DNA of 50,465 nucleotides, taken from Psammoneis japonica. Lineage: Eukaryota. Positions 1-11,989 of the stretch are shown here, piece by piece. The DNA lies in NCBI GenBank assembly GCA_008632985.1, contig QPGO01000349.1, positions 1 through 50,465 of the forward strand, given 5' to 3'. The first letter of the stretch is position 1. Each line of letters opens with the position of its first letter. The notes under the pieces are model-generated. The model was given only the letters and a program-made list of their open reading frames with translations. It ran no database searches and was not told the DNA's origin. The position numbers were made by a program, and so were the translations under genes.

Positions 1-275
1 ATAGCGTCACGACGTCCAAAGGTGTGTCCTTCCTGCAACGAAAAAGATACAGACCGAGTGAGAATGTGACTACCAGCATGAAAAAGTTGTGCAAAGTGTC
101 ATGACTGCGCAACGCGATGTTGTCATCAAGCGAACAAGGAAAAGTTCCTACACAAGCAGGTAATCACGGTTCGCAAAGTCCAACTCACCGATGCCGACAT
201 TTTCATCGATGTGGCTGAAAACGCTGAAGCCGCCCCGGCCATGGCGGCAGCAAGGATTAGCTGAGTCTTGACCAT
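1..275 (-). CDS. 5' end of a host nuclear gene for a plastid-targeted (possibly thylakoid-lumen) protein; exon 1 275..189, intron 188..33, exon 2 from 32 running off the window
   Basis: Exon 1 encodes MVKTQLILAAAMAGAASAFSATSMKMSAS: a hydrophobic signal peptide followed by the ASA-F cleavage motif typical of diatom bipartite plastid presequences. GTGAGT donor at 188 and TTTTCGTTGCAG acceptor at 33. Exon 2 reads EGHTFGRRDA, a possible twin-arginine motif. TpA content is normal. Confidence 0.75.
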
Positions 276-963
276 GTTAGAGAGAATACAACACGAATAA
301 TGAGAAGCGCTATGAGGAAGGCGATAACAAGTTAGATCGCTGCGGTGGCAGAGGTTGTCGTGGGATAGTCGACAACACAATAACAAGGATATAGTACGGT
401 GTGACAGTGACACCTGTGGCGGATGTTTGATGATGAAGTCAGTCACCACGCACGTGAAGCGTTGCTTTGGTTGCCATTGACTCATTCACTCGCGTCAGAT
501 CCAAACTTCAAAACTCCTGATTCCCAATCAATGTGACCATTTTGAACGGAAGACGACAGACGGAAAATCTGAAAAATGGGCGGGATGCGCGGAAGATTTC
601 CACGTTGATTCTCCCGTGTCTCCCGTGTAATTCAACACGTAATCGCGAATGACAATGGACAGCTTGTCGAGTTCATTTTTGGTATGCCGGTACAAACGCA
701 TGTACCATTCTACGTACGTAATTCTGTGTAGCACCATACGGAGATGGCGAAGATCCAAGACACATCTCAACCACAACGAGAAACAACGATGCTCAACAGC
801 AGGCTACAATTTGGTGCTGTTTCCAACATTGTGTTCACTACAGCATTATTTCCTCGTATAACAATGCCACATGTGTGCACCTACATCATCACATTTGTAG
901 AGGTGAGATTTGTTTCGTGATTGTCGGCTGCAATTTGCAGCCAAATTGTTGCCCGCTCAATCC

Positions 964-3900
964 TCATTGGAACTTGTTGCACATGAAGTTGACTCTAAAC
1001 GTGAAACTTTCCCATGCATCACACAGAAAACCAACATTCCCACGCTTCTGATCAACGCACCCTCTCTTGATGAACCAAGACATTTTGCAACGATTCACAG
1101 CTCGTTCATTCCCTGATCTGGTCACTGCGATGCACCCCGTTCTGAGAACCTTGTCGCCACCGAACATCTCATCCGCATCATCAGGACGCAGGCACAATTG
1201 ACCATGCGTCTGAGCTTCCAAAGTTGGGTGACATCCTTTGTCAAAAATGTTCAAAAATGGCATGTCTGAAGAAGGGTCTGTTTCGGAGAAGACTTTTTGC
1301 AGTTCCAGCATCCTCGCATCCTTGATGAGTCTGTCGTCGTCACTGTGACCCGTGACAAGAGGCAATCCGAACATCCAACAACAGAGTTGGGCGGCAATGC
1401 CAGCTTTTCCACAGCATATGTTGTGGTGGGAATCATGCAGGGCACGGTTCATGTCACCTGAAGATGGGGTGGGCAAAGGTGCGTTTGACGCGTCGTGCAT
1501 GACTGCCCGAGGTCCAGTCGTTTGGTCGAAGTGTCTGTTCCATGCTTCGTCTCTGAACTTTGCATCCTCTGCACAGGAGGCATGCATGGGCCATCGAGCA
1601 CGACAATCAAGCTCAACTTTAAGCCTGAACTCAAGGGCTTTCATGAGAACCCTGTACCCAACGTCACACTCAGATTCAAAGTCTTGCGATCGGCTCTTGC
1701 TTCGGCCATACGTGAACTCGAAGTGCAGCAACAGCTCTTCCAGCCAAGTCATTTTCGTCACAGTCTTCGCCATCTTGTCAAAGTCTCCAGCATAAATGAC
1801 ATTGGTGCACCGAAGCAAATGTTTTAAATCTCTGAATCCGGTGCGTCGCTTTGCTTCTTTTGGTGTAAGGGCTCGCAGTGACATTTTCGGAGAGTTCGGC
1901 GTTTCATTGGCAAGGCTTCTCGGGTCCATTTTCTGTGGGTCCGGCACTGATTGTTTTAGATCACTGTGGTTGGTACCTTCTCTTGCCATGGCTAAACGAG
2001 TCGGCAAGGACAGCTTTGATTCTTCCATGCTTGTTCTCTTTACGTGATGCAAGATCTCTCGTTCCGCACCATTTCCGTTCGACATTGTTTTTGCCGGCGC
2101 ATCATGACTCCTCTCCCCAACTTGCACTGGAGCTTGGAATGGAGGAATGGATATCACCTTATTTGAGCTTTTGGTTCTTTTACCTGTCACCATTTCCATT
2201 GGATGTTTGTCGCATGTCCTGAGGTCGGAACTTGTGCAAAACCGACCGTAGCCGAGTCGGTCCATCCACTCTCGTCGTCGGAAGACTTTTTGCTGGTGAG
2301 TCATCCACTTTGTAGGCGTTGCGGTTTCTTTTAATTTCGGGGGTAAATTTGGTACACGACTTAACTTTGAGTTCGTGTTGTCATTGCTGCACTCTTTCAC
2401 GCAACAATGAAGTGTTGCTTTTGGCTTCTTGCTTGGTTGCTGCTGTGTTGTATTTGTCACGTCCCCCAATGGTCGTTTGACGGAAGTCGGGGCTTTTGCA
2501 TTTTGTTGGTCACCTGTTTCAATGCCTTTGCCCCATCCTCTCTTTGTTGTGCGATCCTTTAGCAATGATTTGAGCTTGTTTGCTTTCTCTAGTCGTTTTT
2601 GGTGTTCCGCACCGTAGTCGTTTTGCTGTGTGCTAACGCCAGTGGCAGCTCGCTCGTGACGTAGCTTAAACCCTGTGGGGTCGTCAATGTTGGTAGACGC
2701 ATCTCCGCAAAAACGTTTGAAGTCCTCAAGCCCAAACAAGTGGGACATTGCATCGTCTCCCTCGCCCACAATCCTGTGCTCTTCACGTGTTGCCACGCCC
2801 TTGGGAGCATTCGGCATTTTGTCGACGAGAGCCATTTCACCATCTGTCTGATTCCTCGTATCCTGACTGTCAGCTTTGACTGCAATGTTCTTTTCAGCTT
2901 TAACCACGGGTCGACAGCACGATGCTTTATCTCGCAATAGACCAAGGTCCCTGGGATTCGGCTCACCGGGTGACATTTTGGCACGACCTGTGCTCTCTGT
3001 GTGTTGTTCCAGCAGATCGAGAACTGTCGTATTTCCACTGAGAGCTGGAGGGACTTTCCCTGCAGCCTTCATCAAACGGACAATGTCGTCTTTCAATTGG
3101 TCGGTTGGCACTTTTTCCGAAACCACATCAATGTCTTCCCTTCGAATGCGTCGTCGAAAGTCGCCAAGCACCTGGTTTGCCATGCCTCGAAACAGCAGCT
3201 GGCTCAATTGCACGGCTTCTGTGAATGAGTGAGTGCAAACGCATCGATGGTTTCCGAGATCTGCGGGGCCATTGTTCTTGCACCCGGCTTTGCAATCACA
3301 TTCCGCGGCAAGGAAGTGTTTCACAGAAATTGCGCTGCGAGCAAAGCACATCATCGACTTCATCGAGGCAAGCATTTTATGCGAAAGGATTGTGCAAACT
3401 TCATTGGCGTGTTTTGCGAGCATTGTGCTTGCGTTGAGAATGTCAGGCGATCCCTCATCCAATGCGTGCCTAACCGCCCGTTTGCAGATGCGCTCTCCAG
3501 TGTGAACCCTGGCATTCTTTGCCATCTCAATGATGTTTGATGGCACAACATGCTTGTACGAAAGTCTTTCACCTTTCTTTCGTCCATGGACAACAGTCAA
3601 GGAAGCGAGAACATGCATGAAGCCGACGACATCCTCAATGAGCACAACGTCATCCACCATGAGTTCCTCCACGTCTTGCACTTCAGCTTCCTTTGTTCGG
3701 AGGAAATCATTCTGGGACGGGTGCAGAGCTGAAGTGGGGAGAGACGGGCACTTCACCTTCTCCATTTCGGCATCAAAAATGTCGAACTCCCCCACGAGCA
3801 GCTTCTCATATAGCCACAGCACTTGTGTGTGTGAAGCTTTTGCTGGAACCTTCTGGCCTTTCTTCCGCAGCTGCAAGCGCGTGTCGCTTTCGTCCTCTGC

Positions 3901-5325
3901 TTCTGCCATGCCGGAAATGGATCCCCGAATGCACTCAATGCACAAGACTCGGCATCCCTCCAAAAACTCCTCGCACGATTCGTTCATCAAACAAAATCGA
4001 CATGGCGTCGCATCGCATGTTTCACACTTGTGCACTCCCTCTGCATCTAAAAATGGGTGAGATGACTCTGCCGAGCAACCTTTGCACATAGAAACAGCCG
4101 GCCCATCAATGATCGTAGTTTCAGAATCGGCGAAATCTTGATTGAATCGATCTAACTCCTTTGGCGCTTGAAACATGCATCCATCATTGGTTTTCTCAAA
4201 CATGAGAGCAGCCGCCACACACAACACGGCATTTTTATTTTTCAATGTTGCTCCAGCTAAGGAGGACATGTCATTTGCCAATGCATCGTGGAGCGCCGAA
4301 CCCGACAAACCACCAGCACAATGTTTCTGGAACACGACGGAGGCAGCCTTTGGACCCACTCCAGACATCCCTCCTGGGCAAACATCACAACCTGTCATTG
4401 GTCCCAACAATGCACGCTCCATTGGATCTTGTACCCTGTCAAATGATGGACAGTCTGGGGTGCGCCCATCCTCCGAATCAAAAGGACAACGTCCTAGCTT
4501 GGGCATGAGAATTTTGCTGATGAGGTCGGCGACGGCCTTCTGACCAGTGTAAACTTTGCAGCTGCGGATTGGCTCCTTTTTGGTTCCCAACTTTACATCT
4601 TTCATGACAATGTCACCCACATTGCTTTTGCCGTTTGGTCCAATGTACATGGGAAAGTCCGAATCTCCGGATGTCAAAAAGTCGACTTCACCATCTACAG
4701 CCAACTTTGCAACACAAGGATCCGCTTGCGTTGGCGAGACTTCAAAAGCAATGACTCCTTTGTCTCTACAGTCATGCGAATCAACAAATTCTTGCAATTT
4801 TGTTGTAAAGTCTTCCGGTGGCTGGAGCCGCTTTATGGCATTTTCTAGGCTTCGTATCTTCTTCTGGAAATCATCAACTGTTGCAGCGTGTTCAGCTGTG
4901 TTGTCATTCTCATTTGACAGAGATTGAAGCTCAGCTCTCCTCACAATGAGACGCACTGCTTTCTCAGCACTCTCTGCTCGACGAGAGCACGAGGCTCGCT
5001 TGGATGGGTGCCTTGCCGTGGCGTTGTCACAAACAATGTGTGCATCAATTCTCGAATCAGACAAAGCTCGAGCGATTCGTTCGACAGCCCCGTCTGGCGT
5101 GCATGATGATCGGTCGTGCACACACTTGTGTCCCACGAGATTTGCATCAATCGCACACTTCAAACGACGCATGGGTTGTTGCACCGCAATTGCTTCACCA
5201 GTGTTGCCAGGCGCGTCCGCATTCTGACGCGTGCCAGCAGCCTTCTGCTCCATAAGAAACATCACCACATCACATGGCAGCTCTTCTGTCTGCCACAACA
5301 CTTTGTCAAGACCTGATGTGCCCAT
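964..5325 (-). CDS. 1453-aa multidomain transposase: PIN/XPG-FEN1-like nuclease, Cys-rich finger, SWIM-like finger, THAP-like finger, PIF/Harbinger (ISL2EU-like, DDE_Tnp_4) catalytic domain
   Basis: XPG/EXO1-like motifs MGTSGL..., IDAN, QADPCVAKL, SGDSDF and H3TH-like GCDVCPGGMSGVGPKAA. SWIM-like CDCKAG...CVCTH. THAP-like CCVKECSN...REWM...TCDKH. C-terminal HDASN / GHSDD / DKGC(Y) / RSGNERAVNRCK match the Harbinger-type DDE layout. Termini of the element not found. Confidence 0.7.
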   Translation of the reverse strand: MGTSGLDKVLWQTEELPCDVVMFLMEQKAAGTRQNADAPGNTGEAIAVQQPMRRLKCAIDANLVGHKCVHDRSSCTPDGAVERIARALSDSRIDAHIVCDNATARHPSKRASCSRRAESAEKAVRLIVRRAELQSLSNENDNTAEHAATVDDFQKKIRSLENAIKRLQPPEDFTTKLQEFVDSHDCRDKGVIAFEVSPTQADPCVAKLAVDGEVDFLTSGDSDFPMYIGPNGKSNVGDIVMKDVKLGTKKEPIRSCKVYTGQKAVADLISKILMPKLGRCPFDSEDGRTPDCPSFDRVQDPMERALLGPMTGCDVCPGGMSGVGPKAASVVFQKHCAGGLSGSALHDALANDMSSLAGATLKNKNAVLCVAAALMFEKTNDGCMFQAPKELDRFNQDFADSETTIIDGPAVSMCKGCSAESSHPFLDAEGVHKCETCDATPCRFCLMNESCEEFLEGCRVLCIECIRGSISGMAEAEDESDTRLQLRKKGQKVPAKASHTQVLWLYEKLLVGEFDIFDAEMEKVKCPSLPTSALHPSQNDFLRTKEAEVQDVEELMVDDVVLIEDVVGFMHVLASLTVVHGRKKGERLSYKHVVPSNIIEMAKNARVHTGERICKRAVRHALDEGSPDILNASTMLAKHANEVCTILSHKMLASMKSMMCFARSAISVKHFLAAECDCKAGCKNNGPADLGNHRCVCTHSFTEAVQLSQLLFRGMANQVLGDFRRRIRREDIDVVSEKVPTDQLKDDIVRLMKAAGKVPPALSGNTTVLDLLEQHTESTGRAKMSPGEPNPRDLGLLRDKASCCRPVVKAEKNIAVKADSQDTRNQTDGEMALVDKMPNAPKGVATREEHRIVGEGDDAMSHLFGLEDFKRFCGDASTNIDDPTGFKLRHERAATGVSTQQNDYGAEHQKRLEKANKLKSLLKDRTTKRGWGKGIETGDQQNAKAPTSVKRPLGDVTNTTQQQPSKKPKATLHCCVKECSNDNTNSKLSRVPNLPPKLKETATPTKWMTHQQKVFRRREWMDRLGYGRFCTSSDLRTCDKHPMEMVTGKRTKSSNKVISIPPFQAPVQVGERSHDAPAKTMSNGNGAEREILHHVKRTSMEESKLSLPTRLAMAREGTNHSDLKQSVPDPQKMDPRSLANETPNSPKMSLRALTPKEAKRRTGFRDLKHLLRCTNVIYAGDFDKMAKTVTKMTWLEELLLHFEFTYGRSKSRSQDFESECDVGYRVLMKALEFRLKVELDCRARWPMHASCAEDAKFRDEAWNRHFDQTTGPRAVMHDASNAPLPTPSSGDMNRALHDSHHNICCGKAGIAAQLCCWMFGLPLVTGHSDDDRLIKDARMLELQKVFSETDPSSDMPFLNIFDKGCHPTLEAQTHGQLCLRPDDADEMFGGDKVLRTGCIAVTRSGNERAVNRCKMSWFIKRGCVDQKRGNVGFLCDAWESFTFRVNFMCNKFQ

Positions 5326-6851
5326 GGGTGAAGCGAGAGCATTGGGTGCTAGGATGAACGTGCCGTAGCAGCATCGGCCATCGGCACGTTTCGTTCATTG
5401 GCATGTGAGAGTGCGAGTGCAAATCGGAGGTTTTTTGAATTCACCTCACTGCGTGGGATGATGCCAAACAGCTCGCATGTGCATCCCACACAAAAACACA
5501 CTTCACACCAAAAACAAAACTCGGCAAGCTGTCCATCAGGCAATGCAAAGCTGCAAAGATTGTTTGTTGAAGCCATCCATTTCCAAGAAAAGTTCTGGAA
5601 AAGCACTTTGCAGTCAACGAGTGCTCTTGGGGGGGGGGGGGGCGACAGCACCAGCCATTCTCAAACCCACTGTCAAAGAGTCCCTTGCCAGCAGTGGGAC
5701 CTTCTGTCACTCACACAACCTTGTCACAGGGGGCAATGCAGTGCGGGCATTCCTGCATCTGTGGGCTGTCCACAACAACAACGCTGATTCTGCAGAAGCG
5801 CGAGTTGGAAAACGTGGCTCCCAGCACAAGACCTGTGACAGACAGGCTCCAGCCCCAGGCGGGACTTTTTGTGACATTTGCCCTGCAGAATTCTGCGCAC
5901 AAGCTCTGCAGTCCATGCTCTGGTCAATGGACACATTTGTCTTCGACACAAAATGAACGGCCAAGTTTGCAGTGCACACATCTCTGCTCGCACTCAAAGT
6001 TTTGGACAACACGCCTGCCCTGCACCATTCTTAACCGGCCCAAAATCAATTCGGGGTTTTGCATGACATTGTGGACAGAAACACTGCCTGCCTGCCAAAA
6101 AATTGGGGGCACGCAGAATTGGCACCAGAAGCTGTGCTGGGGATTTGAACGATGCGCAGCCCACGCACTGTGCAGGCACAACGGCTAGACATCACCCATT
6201 TCCATCAAAAATGTCAAGCTGCATGGGTTTTGGTGCATGTTCTGCATGTCTTCCCTCAATTTCTGACTTAAATGTGCAGGTTCTGGCGCAAATTCCATGT
6301 GTCTTCCTGTTTGCGATGGCCATCCCAACCCTGCCAGACTGTCGCGCGAAACCCCGAATTAACTTTGACTCTTTGTTTGCCACAGCGACACGCGCGAAAT
6401 TTTTTTTTTTTGCGTGCGTTGAAACGGGGCCACCATCAACAACACAACAAATGGAACGTCGCGGTTCCAAGTCATTGCAACAGATGGCACCCCAACACCA
6501 TGCGGGGTGATCGTCAACACGGCAAGGTGTGTTGTGACAGCTTGGTTTGTTGTTGCCTTGGCGTTGTTTTTTCACGTCGCATCTTACCTGCTGTGGCATT
6601 GGCATTTCTTGCATCACGACAGGCGTGACCGACCGACATTGACAGAAACGGTGTCATCGTTTTCGGCATCCTGCTGGCAGAATCTGGTGGAACAGCAAAC
6701 AAATCGGCAAGAATGCAACACAATGCTGTTGTTCTGTTGCATCAGAGTGTCCTTTTTCCCATTCAACATTCCCTCAGCTTACCCTTGCTCTTTTTGCTCT
6801 ATTTTTTTTTCTTTTCAGTGCAAAACAACCGTCTTTCGCGGTGTTGGTGAC

Positions 6852-9800
6852 ATGAGCGTCGGCAACATCATGGAGACAATGGACATCTCCATGCTTGCAT
6901 TCAGCTCCGATGACACATCTGTGGAGGACGCTGATTTGGAGTCCGGCGTTGCTCCCTTGGCCTCTGCTGAACAACCTGATGACGTGCCGGCACCAGCTCA
7001 GAGAGCACCTCGTCAAACAAATTCTGTGGCCCATGATGATTGGATTGCAGGACGATGTGCACTTTTTCATGTTGATGTGGAGCATGGAGGGAAGAAGTGT
7101 GGCATGCTGCAGCTCTCAGCTGTTGCAGTAGATCCAAATGACAAGTCTACACTCGGCGAATTTGATGAGCACATCAAGCCTCCAGAAGGAACCAAGTGGA
7201 CCGACGAGATGGAGAGGGCCTCCCAGGAGTCGCACAAACTCAAGCTCACTGATCCCCGCATGGCCAGTGCTGACAAAATGGAATTGGTTTGGCCAAGATT
7301 TTGCAAGTTTGTAGAAGACAAGTTGGATGCAGGCTCCAAGGTTGGGGATTCTGGTGGCATGGGGAGGCAAGGGAGGTGATTGCGAGTGCATGTTTCGTCT
7401 TGCTGAAGACACCCATCGCAAAACCTTGTCCATGCCTGAAGGGCTGAAGCACTTTTATGACCCAAGGAAGACAATTGAGCACTGCAAGTCCTGTGCCCTG
7501 AATGCCAAGACATCCAAAGTTGTTGGCTACAGCTTGGGAGAAATTTGGTGTCATGTGAAGAACAAGGAGGTGCTTCCTGAAGCTCACTCTTCCATTGTTG
7601 ATGCCAAGGCACAAGCTGATGTGGTGAATGACGATCGCCTCTTCAAATTTGTGGACAAAGGCAAGGGAATGGAGCTTCTATCTGATGTTTGGGCTGCCAA
7701 GAGAAAGAAGAGAGAGCTGCTGGATTCCGAGCTTGAAAGGCCTGTTCCACCTCGGTGGGAGAATGAGGGGTCCTCTAACTGGGAACCTGGATGGTCTGGA
7801 TCTTATGCAGGCCCTGGTGGAGGGGGTGTTTGTGGCCCATCATGGGCTGTGAAGCAAGCCTGCAAGTCTCTTGTTGACTTGTTTCTCTTCTTTGTCACGG
7901 TTGACGACTTAGAGGAGGTTGCCAAGGAGACCAACTTTTGTGCCAACGAAGAGTGGGTCAGGCCTGTGACTGAGCAAGAGTGGCAACAAATTAAAGATCA
8001 GAATGAGCAAGATGAGGAGCATGGGCATGCAACCAACTGTGAGATTGTGGCTGATTATGATCAGTTGGAGCTGGATTTTGATTTGATGGAGCAAGGCAGC
8101 CGGGGCTTTTTCATGGACGATGGAGACTCCCTCTTTGGTGGATCAATTTTTGACCCTGACAAGTGCAGCAGCAGCAGCAGCGCCTCTGAATCCAGCGACC
8201 AGTCCTCTCACTCCAGTGACACTGACTCATCGTTTGGGACGCACGGGAGCTTTTGGACGGTTTCTGATGATGAGAGCTCTGTCTCCTCTTGCGATTCTTC
8301 CGACTGGTCTCTTGGCAGCAGCGAAGCCTGCAACTCAGATGATGAGCTTGGGGATGAGTTTGAGGAAGAGCCCAAGAGGAGAGCCAGGTTGGTTCCATGT
8401 GAGGAGGACCACCCTGACAGCAGGAAGAGACACAAGGACAAAAAAAAGCCTTGGATCCAAGTCACTCCTGGGTTCCTCCTTGCTTGGTTTGGAGTTTTGT
8501 TTGTTCTGGCTGCAATGAAACTCCGGTGGCAAGACCTCCTGTGGATGGAAACTCATGACTTGGCAGTGCCATGGATTCAGAACTCCATGTCTCGAAATGC
8601 CTTCACCCAGATTCGAAGATTCATCCATTTCGTCGACAACAGAAAGTTGCCAAGGCACGGCACTTCAAGATGGCACCCATTGCAGAAGATAATCCCATTT
8701 GTGAACAAAGTTGGCAAAAGGCTAAGGGCCGGGTGGGTGATTGGAGAGAAGCTAACGGTTGATGAGTCCATGATTCTCTACAAGGGAAGGGCTGTAAAGT
8801 TTGTTCAATACATGCCCGCTAAACCCATCAAACACGGCATAAAAGTGTGGGCATTGTGCTGCGCAGAAACCGGATATCTATATGCATTTTATGTCTACAC
8901 TGGCAAGGACAATGATGATGCATCGCCACTCGAAGTTGTTTCAAGGTTGTTGGCTATGGACCCCGAACTAGTGTTGTCGGGAAAAGGACGCAAGCTGTAC
9001 ACCGACAATTTCTACACATCGGAACAGCTCATGAAACTGGTGTATGACACGTATGGCATGTTGGTGGTGGGCACCGTGAAGATGACGAAAAAGAAGTCAC
9101 GAACAGCAACCGACTTCCCCTTCCACAAACTGTCATCCGGAGCATTGTCCAAGGTGCCTCGTGGGTGGTTACGCTGGGCTCAGAAGACTGTGCAAGGAGA
9201 CAAGAGCAATTCGGCTGGGTTTGTAGTACAGGCAACAACTTGGAAAGACAGAAAACAGGTTGGCGTGTTGCACAACCACATGGTGGGCGTACCTGGGGAT
9301 CACAAAACGTTGCGGTGGGACAACGACGAGCACAGCCGAGTTCCAGTCTCGTCCCATGCGGTCATCCCCGACTATATCAAGTTCATGCGTGCTGTCGACA
9401 GGGAAGACAGGGAGACTGCTGACTGGTCTATCAGCTTGAAGGGAAACAGATACTACCTCCGCATCATGTACTACTGCATGGACGGGGTAACTCACGCAAT
9501 GAAAGTGATCACAAAAAAGCTCTCAACAGTGGGACACCCCTTTGAAAAATATGCCAAGACCACACGATGGAAGTTCAAGTGGATGATGGATCTGGGAATA
9601 CAGTGTATCAACAAAGGCATTAGCATGGATTGGACAAACATAAACGACCCCACCACGAAGCCAAAATGGGTCAGACAGAAGCCGTACGTACCTTGTGGCT
9701 GTGGAGAATGCTTTTTCTGCAAGCACGGCCTCACGCATGGAAAGACTCATCGGCCAAAGAAAGGGAGAAAGAGACTTGTACGGGAAGAAGATATTGTGCA

Positions 9801-10008
9801 CGACAAGAAAGCAATCAAGATACTGAACCATAGCAAAGACTGCATTGATTGCATAAGGAAGGCCAGATTGACGATGCCAGATGCCGATTACGCTACCTTG
9901 AGAAAAGGAAGTCGTACATCTTTGTACGGCTGTAGGAAATGTGGTGAAGCAATTTGCAAAGTGTGCTGGCCAGATTACGATCACCTAGGTCATATCAGGA
10001 ACAGGTAG
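6852..10008 (+). pseudogene. piggyBac (PGBD, DDE_Tnp_1_7-like) transposase with N-terminal DEDDh 3'-5' exonuclease domain; one +1 frameshift near 7345
   Basis: ExoI HVDVEHGG, ExoII LVAWGGKGGD and ExoIII AHSSIVDAK. Removing one G from GTTGGGGATT joins the two ORFs (KVGILVAW). An acidic/Ser-rich linker follows. piggyBac motifs MSRNAF..IRRFIHF, VDESM, QYMPAKPIKHGIKVW, YTDNFYTS, WKDRKQV and AVDREDR are present, with a C-terminal Cys-rich domain CIDC...CRKC...CKVC..DH. Confidence 0.9.
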
Positions 10009-10171
10009 GCATTACATAAAACTTAGTGAGTGACAAAAACATAACTTGCTTAGATGCCACAACATGACACAAGCTTACCTGCACCTATCTCTTTGAAGAT
10101 GCCGGTGGAAAACCTCATGCACAATACCCATTGCCCAGTGTTCTTTCCAACTGATGAATGATTGCTTTGTT

Positions 10172-10430
10172 GGTGTGTGTGCCCTCACCATTCCTTTAGC
10201 ATCGGCACCGGTGCCTCAATCCGAGAAAAAAGTAACACTGTGATGCTACCAAAAATCCGAGAAAAAAGTAATGCTGTGATGCTACCACGGCACAATGGTA
10301 TGCTCTCAATGAAATTCTTGGTGTGCGTACCCTCACCATTCCTTTGGCATCGGCCCCGGCGCCTCAATCCGGGAAAAACGTAATGCTGTGATGCTGCCAC
10401 GGCATAACGGTATACTCTCAATGAATTCTG
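10172..10430 (+). repeat. Internal direct repeats downstream of the piggyBac transposase
   Basis: Two copies of GTGTG..CCCTCACCATTCCTTT.GCATCGGC...CTCTCAATGAA about 148 bp apart, and three copies of AATCCG.GAAAAA.GTAA..CTGTGATGCT.CC (~10218, 10254, 10366). Confidence 0.85.
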
Positions 10431-11599
10431 ACTCTACAAGCAAACAATAGTAAGACAGATAATGTGCTCGTGTTAGTAAGTAATGCCAAGGCATTACATG
10501 AAATGCATTGAGTAAAAAAGAACAACGCGATAGATAACAATGTAACTTACATTGACACCTAAACAAAAGCATACTTCTTCTCGTTGGCCCCCCACATTGG
10601 TGATTCATAGCCAGAATATTATCTGCAACAGCAGCAACAATAGCAACCTTATGCATGTGAGCCAATTGCCGCAGAACAAACAGCAGCAACAACAGTAAGC
10701 ATAAATATGAAATAAGAAATGGCGTTGGAAAGGGTGGAAATCACCCGCAATGGTTGTTCTGCCTCAACGGCGAAGAAATAACATCTATGCGGCTCTGTCG
10801 GGGTGCAGCGCCGATGATGTGATGGTGGGTTGTTGGCGATAGGTCGAGGGAAAAAAAAACGGCCTCCGCGCACCGCGCAAAAAAATCCGTAGTAATTGGT
10901 TCCTCCTCTTTTAGGTGGAACTCTCTAGATCGAAGTCTGAAACCGAAAGATTTTGGATTGCCGCCCTCGCTGCTGTCCCTGCTTATTTTTCACGAGCTCT
11001 AATTTGCACAGAAGCCACATGTTGGTTTCTGTGCATTTACGTAGATTTTGCACCAATCGCATCGTAGAGGTGTGTTGTTCGCCGGCCCTGACGAACTCTT
11101 TCTCAGATGCAACACATTTTTCACGACGGCCGGCACATGACGCCGGCTCGGTGGACAGGTTTCGAGTTCTTTTCACGTAGATCTTACCGCAGACACACGG
11201 CACTCAGATTTATTTCAGCGCAAATCTACGCAGCTTTGTCGCAGATGGCACAGAAACCCGTGGCAAGGCTCTGTGCCATCGAAAATGCTCAGGACCTCGC
11301 CACGCGTTTCTGTGCACAAGCAGGGCTGTCAGAAAACAGAGCCATGACGATTGCCTGCACCAATCATTTTGCTGCATTTTGCGCTGGGCGTTCGAATTAA
11401 TTGCAACACATGACGGTCACTTCGGTGCGCACTTTTGCGCGACCCACGCGACATGACCAACATGCGTCAGTGTGCGGTGCTGGTTGTTTTGCTTCTGACC
11501 GTTCTGTCTTCTGTGAGGTTTCATGAGGCTGTCTGTGTGTGTTGATGTTGTCTAGTTGTGCATGTTGATGTTGTCCAAGGCAAGCTGCGTTGGATTAAG

Positions 11600-11989
11600 G
11601 ACGCGTTCCAGGTCTAGGTGGGACCTCGCACTGCTGAACTGTGACATCGACAGTTTTTTGAGTCTCGTCGTATGTCGCGCACGTAGATTTCTACGTGATT
11701 TTTTCGACATTTTGTGTCATTTTACGGTGCACTTGTTGAGCGATCCGTCCAACAACTTTTGACATTTTTTGTTACAGCGCGATTCTACAATGTCTTAAGA
11801 ATCGCGCAGGGCAGGCGAAGTTGCAAAAACATCGAGTGGTGAGAGGCATAATTGCACCACAAACTTGGCCGTTTATTTGATGTTGAAGATGAACATGTCC
11901 ATTAATTAAATTCTCGCACTACGGAGCTCGCACGTAGAATTCTACGGGCCCAATGTCACACGGAGTCCCACCCAGGGCTGGAACGCGTC
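11600..11989 (+). mobile_element. MITE family A, 390 bp, least TpA-eroded copy
   Basis: Termini GACGCGTTCCAG...GGTGGGAC / GTCCCACC...CTGGAACGCGTC; TSD TAAG (11596-11599, 11990-11993). Confidence 0.95.
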
